Shown here: piece after piece, positions 1 to 10,846 of the stretch
Position numbering within the stretch: position 1 is the stretch's first letter
How the letters are laid out: each line of letters starts with the position of its first letter
NCBI GenBank assembly: GCA_973851085.1
Contig: OZ316775.1
Span: forward strand, 6,386,001 to 6,450,000
DNA: 64,000 nucleotides
DNA from: Ptychomitrium polyphyllum
Taxonomy: Eukaryota
Reading direction: 5' to 3'
Translations under genes and position numbers: made by a program
The notes under the pieces: generated by a model
The model's input: only the letters and a program-made list of their open reading frames with translations
What the model was told of the DNA's origin: nothing
Database searches by the model: none

Positions 1-2028
1 ATAACCAAAGAACACACACTTTGTACCCTTTGCATCAAGCTTGGACCTCATGCAATCTGGAACCTTTGCATATGCAAGGCATCCGAAGGTCCTCATGTGT
101 GAAACACAAGGCTTCTTACCACTCCAAGCTTCTTCAGGGGTCATGGATGCAAGGGCACTTGTGGGGCACCTATTTCTTGTGTACACCGCATTCACCACCG
201 CTTCCGCCCACAACTCATGTCCAAGATGTTGGGCATGAAGCATGCTCCTCGCCATCTCCACAATGGTGCGATTTGCCCTCTCAGCAACTCCATTTTGTTG
301 TGGAGTGTATGGAGTGGAGGTTTGCCTTGCAATGCCTTCACTCCTCAACAAGTCATCAAAACATTTGGATAAGAACTCACCACCATTATCCGAACGCAAC
401 ACCTTGATCTTGGACTCACATTGCTTCTCCACGAGCGCCTTGAACTCCTTGAATCTTGCGAAGCATTCGCTCTTGGCCTTGAGGATGAACACCCATACTT
501 TCCTTGAATAATCATCAATGAAGGTGAGGAAGTACCTTGCTCCCCCGATGGATGGAGTCCTCATAGGCCCGCACACGTCGGAATGCACAATCTCCAACAA
601 TTTGCTTGCACGACTTGCCACTCCACTTGGAAACGACGCCCTTTGCTGCTTGCCTTGGATGCAAGCCTCACAAGCAAGTTCCTTGGCCTTGTGGCATGTT
701 GTACCGATATCCAAGCCGCTTACCATGCCTTGGAGCTCCTTCATGGCCTTCACATTGAGGTGCCCAAGGCGCCCATGCCATATGCCAAACTTGTCTTGGT
801 CTTCAATGAACTCAGCAAAGGCCGCCACCTCCACTCCATTCACCTTCTTACACTTGATGAAGTACAAGTTGCCATCCCTCAACCCCGTGGCAACCACATC
901 TCCACTCAATGACTTCACAATACATCCATTCACATTGAAATGAGCCACAAACCCTCCCATCACAAGTTTGCTCACCGAAAGGAGGTTGGACTTCATCTTT
1001 GGCACATGCAGCACGTCCTTGAAGGTGATCCTCTTGGTCTTGCCTCCCACAACAACCTCCACCACAATGGAACCCATTCCAATGGCCTCCACCACGCCAT
1101 TGTCACCCATGAGCACACTAGTGGCTGCAATTGCCTCATAAGTATGGAATGAGCACTTGTAAGGAGTCATGTGCTTTGTGGCGCCCGAATCAACTATCCA
1201 CTTGGATAGGGCCGCCATAGGCGCCCCCTCGCTTGCCATGAAGGCACAATCACCACCTCCAAGGTGGTCCATCACATGGTTGGCATCCTCCCTCTCTCCT
1301 TTCTTGGCCTTGAAGCAATTTTGAGCAAAATGACCTGGTTTTCCACACACAAAGCACGTTCAAAGATTTGGACGTTGATTAGAATAGGTGGCCTTGCCTT
1401 GCCTTGAGAAGAGGGCGGAGTCCTCACTTGAATTCGCCTTCTCCTTCCTCTTGGTGTCCTCGTGGCTCAATCTCGCCGTCACATAGTCCATGGTGAGGTC
1501 CTTGATGGGAATGGACTCCAAGGCCACTATGAGATAGCTATAGGACTCCGGCAAGCTCATGAGCAATGTAATCACAACATCCGACTCCTCCAATGGCTTG
1601 TCCACAATGGCAACTTGCCTTGCAAGGGCCTTCAACTTGTTAACATGCGCCATGAGGTCGTGGCCTTCTTCCATCTTGCAGTTCAAGAGCTTCCTCTTTG
1701 AGAAGATGATGTTGGAGAGGTTCTTGCTCTCATAGATGTTGCAAAGCGTCTTCCACGCTTCTGCTGGTCCAGTGCAAGAGATGATATGGGCGAAGTTGGC
1801 ATCATCAAGGTTGGTGGCAAGGATGCCAAAAGCCTTCTTCTCACGACGCTGGAACTCCTTCCTCTCCTTTGCATCTGCCGACAATGGTGGAGCAACCTCA
1901 CTCTCATCTATGATGTCCCAAAGGTCCATAGAAGCCAACGAGAGCTCCATCCTAACCTTCCATTGGTAGAAGTTATCACCATGAAACTTTTGAATGACCC
2001 TAAGACCTTCACCTTCACTCGAAGCCAT
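1..2028 (-). pseudogene. copia gag-pol polyprotein with one in-frame TGA at 1362-1360; frame then stays open to the window edge
   Basis: ORF 2028-1360 ends ..NQRPNL*. The same frame resumes TCFVCGKPGHF and reaches ..GTKCVFFGY at base 1 (2028-3 is divisible by 3). Confidence 0.9.
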
Positions 2029-2462
2029 GGCTTAAGAAGAGTGGTAACAAAACAAACCTTCAAACGAACTATTTCCTTGACTCCTATGCTTCTCACAAGT
2101 CTTCACAACTATGAGTTCCAAGAAAAACCTTTCAACTCACTATGTCCACTCAATGAGCACACATATCAATGATCTCACAAGATAACAACACCAAGCACAA
2201 CAAAATGGTGTTAGGAAGCTTGAATCCAACAAAGACACTATCAAGGTCTTATCACCACTCAAAACAACTCACTATCCAAGGAGTTTCAACAACCACAACC
2301 CCAAGAGCTTAAGAAACATCAAACCAAGCACCTACATGTGCAAAACCTCAAAGTTAGGCGTTTCTAACTCTATCTTCAATAACTATGAAGTGATCTTGCT
2401 CCACACAAGAACAACAACTACAAAACACTTCAAGCTACTTCAAAAGGCACAACTGAGAGTGT

Positions 2463-2476
2463 GTGGGCCCATAACC
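2463..2476 (-). promoter_or_regulatory. Primer-binding site complementary to the anticodon region of initiator tRNA-Met (half-tRNA priming)
   Basis: Element strand reads GGTTATGGGCCCAC. The + strand GTGGGCCCATAACC equals the internal tRNAiMet segment GUGGGCCCAUAACC. This is not the usual TGGTATCAGAGC 3'-end PBS. Confidence 0.85.
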
Positions 2477-2479
2477 TAT

Positions 2480-2835
2480 TGAAAAAATGCAACAAAGCTA
2501 GTACAACAAGCAAGAAGAGAGAGAGCAAAGTTGCAACAAGAGAAGTGTGGAGCAAGATGACTCCCACTTCCAAAATCCCTTTACTTATACTTGAGAGTCA
2601 TCCACCAAAATGTGCCACTTGGCGGCCATGCATTTGCCTCTACTATATGAGTGACATGTGGCGGCTAACCCTAACCCTAGCCGCCGTACCCGCCACCCTA
2701 ACCCTAACGGCCGCCCTAACCCTAATGGCCGCCCTAACCTTAGCCGCCATACAAAACCCTTGTTGCCTTTTCTTAACCCTAGCCTCCATATCCCCTATAG
2801 CCTCTTTCCTCACACTCCTTTGACCATTAGCAACA
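2480..2835 (-). repeat. 5' LTR of the copia element (about 356 bp)
   Basis: On the element strand it starts TGTTGCTAATGG (2835) and ends GCATTTTTTCA (2480), 3 nt before the PBS. TATA-like GTATAAGTAA near 2590-2581. The outer boundary is inferred because the 3' LTR is outside the window. Confidence 0.75.
2659..2749. repeat. Degenerate ~18-bp tandem array in the LTR U3, made of CCCTAA hexamers and GCCGCC motifs
   Basis: GGCGGCT-AACCCTAACCCT-AGCCGCC ... CCCTAACCCTAAC-GGCCG-CCCTAACCCTAAT-GGCCG-CCCTAACCTT-AGCCGCC is seen directly. Confidence 0.9.
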
Positions 2836-5800
2836 TATCATGCTCTAAGTCTACACAAGGATACTTCAACTAGGATTACTTTATATGTTTCACACTTTGC
2901 AACAGTTATACATTGTGAAGCAGAGTATCTAGTTAGGTGTTTTACCTTTTATTTGTTGTAGTGGTGCACGGTTGTGTTGCAGAACGAATGCTATGTTTTT
3001 CAACTTACGTGTGAATTCTAGACCAATTTATTCTTGGGGCCTAGGTGCCATCTTGGAATAAGTTTCACATTAAGGCCAAGATGAGAATGGCCTTGATTAT
3101 TTCCAAGGTAAACAAATGAGGCCCTAAGTTAAATTAAAGTATTTAAATGTATTAGACATTTATAGGAATATTCAATTTGGAATGGTTTTGGCTTCTTACT
3201 GTAAAATCTTTGTGGTTGATTTCAAATTTTCTACTAACAAAAAGATTGGATTTTGCATTTTATCAAGTAAATTAATATGCTTCACATATTAAGTGGCCCT
3301 ACTGTATTTGGAACCAAATGCAATAATTAACCAATATAAAGGTAATTCATATGTTACAATCCTACAAATACATATTATACTTTTGTAGCATATTTTACTT
3401 TCTTTAAAACAAACATATATTGTTTTTTGGAGAGAAAAATTGTTTGGAAGATAAATTATTAACAGTGTAGAGTACCTTATTTAATTTTTGTGCGGTTCTT
3501 ATTTTATAGTATTAAATCTCATTTCTTTATAAAAAACATGAAAATTTTAAATAGAAGTAAGATTTGATAACATCAATCATGCAATGTGCATTGTTAATAC
3601 TAAAATCAAACTTTTTCTAAATATTTTAAAATACTGATATCTTTAATTATATTATAATATTTTATTTATTTATTAAATATTTTAAATTTTATTGATTTCT
3701 TTAATAGAAATAAATAATTTTTAGGAATAGATGTTATGAAGATTTTTTTTTAAATTATATTATCAAAATTATGAACAAGTTTAAGAATTTCGAAATTCTG
3801 AAATTTATACTAATACTTCTTTAGAAAATGAAATATAATTATTGAGTATTAATTTGGGTTAAAAAATCAAATACACTTTTAACTTTGTACTTTATGTTTA
3901 TTTAGTTTGATATATCTTTAAGGCCCTTGTTATAAAACATATTCAAATTTATTCTTTTTGAATTTGCATTTAACAATTTTTATGTCTTTTTTGTATCAAT
4001 TTAATTTTAATTCATTTGAATATTTAATTTTATAAAGAAGTAATTGTGTTCAACAAATGAATTCAATTGACGTTTACAAAACAATTTTTATTGTGTTGGC
4101 TTTGATAAAAATAAAAATAAAAGTATTAGATTCTTGTATGGCTTAATGCGTCTTGCATTCAACTTGGCATTAAATCTACACAAAATATTCTTAATATTAT
4201 TCATATTCTTAAGAAAGTGAATTCAATGGATAACATTAATGAGATTTTATTATTTCATTCTCCATTTGTAAATGTTAACATTGTTGTTGTTATTTTAACC
4301 ATGGAAAGACTTCCACATGGTATAAAGCCTAAATATCTTTATTTTTTGCATGTTTCAAAGCTTTAAGCATTTAATGAGGTCAAAAAACTTTGCAAATATA
4401 ATTGCCATACTTAATTAATGCAAGATAGTTTTTATTTGTAGCAATATTCACAAATGAACAACATTTGATAAGAAGTTTTTTTTTTTGTGACATGTTAGTT
4501 CTTATTTTGTATAATTATTAGTTATCTATAACGTAAATGACATCTCAATTTCTATTATAAATAACTATTTTTTTATATTAAAATAGGTTAATTTATTATT
4601 TTGCCAAAGATATAAATATATGCTTCTTTTTTTATATGAAAGATGTGATTTTACTTTTAGAAACTATAAAGCATAAAAGATGATGTCTTGTATGTCTTTT
4701 TTGCTTAAGTTGACAACTTTTGTGCAAGTAAAAAATCATAATATACATCAACAACCAACCATAGAGTATTGTTTGTTTAAATAATAACCAATAAATATGT
4801 CCAAAGCCAATAGACTTGTTAGAATTTTACATATGAGCAAACAATCATTAAAACATACCACCAATATTCAAATTGATCTCTTAATATGCATAATGATGAC
4901 AATTATGATGAAACAATCTACATTGCTAATATTTTAGAATGTTTTATCTGTAAGTATAATAATTAGTGCTCAACATTTTTTTTTTAGTTTTTAAAGGTTA
5001 AACTTATATATGTCATATGAAATTGGTTTATTATTAAAATGATGATAATTATTATTGTTTATTTATTTTTAAATTCTTAAAACAACTTAAAACTCCAAAA
5101 GATAAGAAGAAAGGCACATGCAACCTTGCAATATAATTAGATCCACATATTCATAGAATTTTCATTTAATCATTATTTTGAAGCAAAAATAAATGATGTT
5201 GCTTATCAGAAGAAATAAAATCCTTTTAATGATATTTCAAAGGATAAAACTTGCATATTATTGCTTGCATATAGCGTAGAAAATCTATCTATAGTACTTT
5301 TTATTTCTTATTGGCATTTTCAAAAAAAGAAAGTGAAGATCTATTAGTTGGTTTTATAAAATAGTTAATTAGTTCAAATTCGAGTTATTCTTATTTTAAA
5401 GAAATTTGCAATATATAATAAATTGTTACAATTCTTGAGTGATTTGCTAAAAATAAATAACTTTAAATTCTAATTTGGATAAAAAATGGGCCTTCAAAAT
5501 TTATTACTTACACAACACCTTTATGGCATTCAAATATTGATACAAATCAAACCAATTTGTTGAATTACATAGAAATGCTTTTAAAACATTGCAATTGAAT
5601 CAAAACACCTTAGATTTTCCATTTGTGTGCTAAAATCAATCCTTGGTTTGCATGTAAGTAGAAATTTTAATCTTTTTAAAGTTGAAAAGAATATTGTTTA
5701 CATGGCTAGATTCAATAAATAAGGTTTTTAATACTTAAAAATGCATTTCACATAAAGTTGCTTATTTAACATGGATTTGAAACAATTTAATGGATTGATG

Positions 5801-7308
5801 GTTATACAAATATGTTCTAATTCAATGTAACAACTATTGTAGTCTTTGATAAAACATTTGCTTTTAATAAAAAGAATATTACTCTCGTCCTTCTTTATAT
5901 TATGTAAACAATACATGTATTAAAGGTTTGTGAAGATTTTTAGTTTAAAAACAATATAGAACCTTTGAAAATATTTAGAAATGAAAATACTTCTTAAAGT
6001 TGATTTCTACAATGCATAAGGCACTAAAATTGTCATGTATTTAAAAGTGCCAACTTTTAAAAGGATTTAATTTTAAGAATAATTTACTAAAAAATGTTAA
6101 ATTAATTCAATTGTACTTATGAAATAATAAATTCTCATTGAATGGTATCTTTACGTTGGTTTTATAACCTTCTATACATAGAATGCCAACATTATAATGC
6201 TTCAATGTTTACAAATCTTTGCCTATTTTTTCAAATTTTTTGATTCTTTTTGCAAAGAATCTATGTATGTTTGCCACACCTGATTTTATGTATTTATATG
6301 AAATTACAACCTCTTTTAATCTTCAATTTTTTTTATTGAATTAAAAATAAATTATCTTATCCTTGAATACATACTTATTTGTAAAAATCAATGAAAGAAA
6401 ACATTTATATCCAATATAAACAACAACAAATGAATGTCAAGTATTACATTTCATTAATGTGTGTATTTTTCAACCCACGTAATATATTTTGTGAATGGAA
6501 CTTGGTGAAATTATAGCCATATAGCCTCGTAGAATTTGAAGTTATTTATATAACAATTTATGTGGTTCTAATTCTAGTTTATATGTTTAGCATAAAGAAT
6601 ACCTCATATTGTTCCAACATCCAACATCCAAGGCTCTATTTGAAAAATTCCATCTATAACTTCCCATTCTCCACCCTTTCATTATCTTCAATGGTTCCTT
6701 ATGAAAAAGGAAGTCATTTTGTTGTACAAGAAATGAGACAAAAATTGAAGAGTTGTGTGGATGATTGGAAGGAATGAGAAGTTTTGTGTAGCATTTCTAT
6801 TGCTATCAAAGTTATAAGAATATCATAGACACAATACACCAAAAACATGAAATACACCAAAAACATGAAATTTCAGTTTTAATATCATACATTTTTTTTA
6901 GGCCTCCTTATTATTTCTCCCTTCAAATTTGGATCTTGTGACACAAACTTAGTACAGGGGACCCCTTCCGCGGTGAAGTGTCGTGCGTGAACATATCCAC
7001 CGAGGCTTTTTTATTAGACTGGGTGACAGTACCCTCAGTAAATAAAGTGGTCCTTTACTAAGCGCAATCTTGTCTGTCGTGGACAGACGATCCAACAAAG
7101 AAGGATTGCACTGCGGCAGTTGCTGACGAAAAATCACCACTAACGTGCGTTCGTCCGCGTCGTCCAAGTATCTCGACTTAGTTTTGCTTTTTGCATTTTG
7201 CTTTTTTTCTTTCTATCGCCGTCCCCTGACGTGGGGCCCGTTGGGAGAAAATCGGTACGAAGGAGTGGCTGGCGTCCCCCGTTCCCCGGTCCACAATCCT
7301 CGATCACA

Positions 7309-9908
7309 ATGTCTTCAGCCCCAAACTCCGTAGCCGGATTGAGGCGCATGCCGTGTCAGCACGTGGCGATGGTGCGCCAAGAGCACAGTGCCAGATCAGC
7401 CCCCAGCGCCGGCAGGGGGCGAGTGGACCGAAAAGGCCGAGCGCAGAGGCATCCTGGAGCTCGTTGTCGCCGTGCAGCACAGCAGGTGCGCAGACACTTG
7501 CAGCAGTGCTGTCTCATGTGAGTGGCACCAGGTATGATGCAGTGCAATGGTTTTTGCTCTCTTACATCACTATGTGTTTCCTGTTTCTTACTGGGGTAAG
7601 GTTTGAGAGGTGTTTGGCACTTTAGGAAGTGGAGGCTTATTTTGGCAACCAGCTCTGCGGATTGAAGTAAGCTATGATTCTATAAGGCATGCATTAGTGT
7701 GTAGAAGTGGATCTAAGTTTGAATGTTGCGGCTGATTGTCTATGTCGGAGCTTAGTCGTTTTTTTCCCCTAATGAGCCTTTTTATAATTGGTTTTGATTC
7801 TGTAAGCGTGCGGTGGTCTGCTGAACATGGCTACCTTGACTGCAGCAGCAGCAGCGATGAACACTTTGTGTTGCGCTCGTTCTTGGGTACCTTTGGTAAT
7901 TCACTTATAAACCATCGTCGTTGCTTGAGTTTTAAGAAATTCTGAGACGTTCATTTCTGGTAGACCTTGAAGGTTCCTTTTTTATGCTTGTTGTTTAGGT
8001 TTTAATTTTTAGTTTTTGACTTTTTAGAAATGGTTCTACCGTATGAACGAAGCAGTTTGGGAGCTCTGAAACGCTCACAACCGATCCTCCAAAATGGAAT
8101 ATTGTTCTAGGTTAATGTAGTGGTGTTAACTTATGAATGCGGTTCTGGAGCATGCCATTCGCCATCGGTATAAAGTGCTGCTTTTGATGTAGTTTGATGT
8201 TCCAACTGTTCATCGCCAGATTGTTACCGTAGTCTTGCTAGTGAGAAGTGTGTGACCAGTTGTTTTCTGAATACTTGGATGCTGGCAGCAGAGCAGGGCT
8301 TTTTTGGGTGGGACAAACCAGTTGTGCTGTCGAACTGGAAAGCAGTATCTAAGCATGAGGCTGGTTCCAAGAATCGGCAGGGATGTGGGGATACCATCTA
8401 TAGAGGCTCAGGCTTCATCAGCAATGAAGGGAGAAACCGAGAATGCATTTGATGACAGCCTGGAAGCTGCTGTGAAAGGTATGAGCTCCCCACCAATTCA
8501 GAGACCTGCTAACACCTTCTACAGCCTAGTGATACCCAGGGTTATCAGAAATATAAATATAGCAGAATGCAAGGAGTACTCAAGTAGTGCTATTAGTCAG
8601 ATATCCTTCTATGCGAGATTGTAACATGTTTTGTGATCAGCAGGGAAGGAGGTATTAGTGTAACAGCAGTTTCCTTGGAATCATGTCAGTTACACTGAGA
8701 AGAGGAGGTTGTCACAATGCCTTTCTACAAGTGCACAATGAACTTTTTGATGTCGTGAGTTATTAGATTGCAGCGGAAACATCACTTAGTACAGGTATTG
8801 ATAGTACTCTGAATGTTTGTGTGGCATCAGCAATCGAGTTTACAGGAGTGCATCACGTAGGCTTCCTATGTGAGAGTGTTGAAAAGTCACTCGATTTTTA
8901 TTGTGGCTTACTAGGTATGTTTCTCTCATGTTGGAGCTTGATTTTATGGCAGATATTGTGTATTTCTATCTTTCTCTTTGAGCAGAAGACTGCTGATATT
9001 TACTTGGATTTCGAGCTCCTGAATTATTGTCGATTTCAGCTACTTTCTGGAGGAAAATTTTGTTGATAGGAACTAGCATTCATGTTAGCGACACATACTA
9101 AGATGTATCATAATGTACCACGGTTGGATAGTGTTGTAACCTGCTAACGTGTTTTGAGTTCCTCTTCATTATAGCTGGGAGTTAGTTCTGATTACTCGCG
9201 GGTCACGTTCTATATTTCAGTTTTTTCGATCTTTGCCACATGAAAACATAAGATCTTAATTGTCTTAAGCCACTGCTGCAAGCGACAGGGAACTTTAATT
9301 GGTGAATCTATGTTTTGCAATAGGTCTTGAGATTAATCCGAATCGGCCTAATGATAAGCTACCTTATGGAGGAGTCTGGCTGAATGTCGGGTCACCATCT
9401 CAAATGATACACTTAATGGAGTTGCCCAACCCGGATCCTAAAGAAGGCCGTCCAAAGCACGGTGGACGGGACCGTCATGCATGTGTCTCAGTCAAGGATG
9501 TGATGAAAATCAAGGAAGTATTTGATAAAGCTGGTACGTTCAAATCCAATCTCAATGCCTCTGTTTATTGTACTACAACAGCCTTGTTGCCAACTGAATC
9601 ATGTGTAGGAACTCAGCATGAAACGTGTAGATCTACACTGATATTGAAATTATTCGCGTCTAAATTAAATTTGCTTATAGATGCACATACATCCTCTTGA
9701 ATTCGCCTCCCTCCAGGTTGCTTTCTTATCGAATGGTCCTCTTATGGCCTCTATGAGCACTAGAGTACTGTTCTTTGGTTTTCCTGAACAGTACTGACTT
9801 TTTAAGCTGTTATGTGCAGGTGTTCTGTACACGTTCAGCCAGTCTGGAAGACCAGCGCTTTTTGCTAGGGATCCTGATGGTAATGCTTTGGAGTTCTCTC
9901 AGCTGTAA
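7309..9908 (+). CDS. Glyoxalase I-like / lactoylglutathione lyase family (VOC) protein with probable organellar transit peptide. Exons ~7309-7517 (uncertain), ~8297-8478, 8831-8914, 9324-9533, 9820-9908
   Basis: Spliced product AIEFTGVHHVGFLCESVEKSLDFYCGLLGLEINPNRPNDKLPYGGVWL..MIHLMELPNPDPKEGRPKHGGRDRHACV..SGRPALFARDPDGNALEFSQL* matches the recalled At5g57040-like glyoxalase family. GT-AG phases are consistent. The start and first junction are ambiguous. Confidence 0.9.
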
Positions 9909-10846
9909 ACAGTTTCATAGGTGATGAAACTTGCTCTTGTCTAAGGTTCTGTGTATGTTCCGAGTCTCTTGTAACAGAGATTTCCTACATGGCCCTTCTG
10001 TAATCAGATACTTAAGGTGCAACCATAGTTGTGCGATGACGACTTGAGGACTATTTGTACATAACGATACTTGTAGTGTAATACTTTCACGTGAATTTAG
10101 GGGCTGTATTTTCAGACGTAGGAGAAGATTCACATCCCCGACTGATAATACATACTCATGCTACTTAGGCAATGTTACCTAAGAATGATGCTGATGCACA
10201 TACGAGTCAAGTGCCCAACCCCAAACATTTCAAGCAAGGTAGATTTCACTTGTGCGTTCTCATTGTCCAATGCTCTGGATATTTTTGAACTTCTCCTTAA
10301 CTTATAAAGACACTTATCAACTTCGAGATTCTCAGTCACCTCTCGCAAATTGATCTGATGTTTCATGATTTTGTGACAATCTTTGCTTGCTTGATGAACT
10401 AGAAAAAATTAATCAATGCCGAAAATGTCGCATGAAAGCTTCTTGGCAGTTCTAATCCCTTGAACTTAGAATCGTGTTTTAGTACATAGCCTACTTCGCT
10501 TCTAGATTCGAACACTCCATAGCCTCCATATTCTAGTTGTATGGAACCTGGTTACAGTCGTGGTGTTTCTCCAACTGTTCATAGTCTCCGGCAAGACACG
10601 CTATAGCACGAAAACCTAGAAATACTTGAAAAAAACAACCTCGAGGATGAAGGTATCCCAATTCATGCAATTAACGTTGGTTCTTTTTAATTTCTTGTCC
10701 TCTGATGTCAGACTTTACCCCAATCTATGCTGTACATTATTCTAATTCCGTGTCCCACGAAGACCGAGTCTCTGCATTGCAACAGAACAAGTAGAGTGCT
10801 TCCTAGAGCTGCGAGTTTCAGTGGACGAGGTCTTACTTATTTTGTG

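Larger units (their letters stand above)
1..2835 (-). mobile_element. Ty1/copia LTR retrotransposon, 5' half (LTR, PBS, leader, gag, protease, integrase); continues beyond the left window edge
   Basis: Minus-strand translation gives a copia Gag (FHGDNFYQWKVRMELSL), a CCHC knuckle (CFVCGKPGHFAQNC), protease (WIVDSGATKHM), integrase HHCC (WHGRLGH..CEAC) and the DDE core (VHSDVCGP, LRSDNGGEF, QQNGVAER). PR-IN order is copia-type. PBS and a TG..CA LTR lie upstream. Confidence 0.97.

Noticed and set aside
21..2172. Numerous + strand ORFs over the retrotransposon
   Set aside because: They are antisense shadows of the minus-strand gag-pol.
2665..2780. Interstitial telomere or chromosome end
   Set aside because: The repeats are short, interrupted, hexameric and lie inside an LTR.
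2461..2873. ORFs with LTLAA / NPNGRP repeats
   Set aside because: They are translations of the LTR CCCTAA/GCC array.
2900..6900. AT-rich block as Helitron or viral remnant (also 18.5-19.9, 26.4-30.0 and 50.3-52.4 kb)
   Set aside because: Probably eroded repeats, but I found no legible motif or terminus to support a call.
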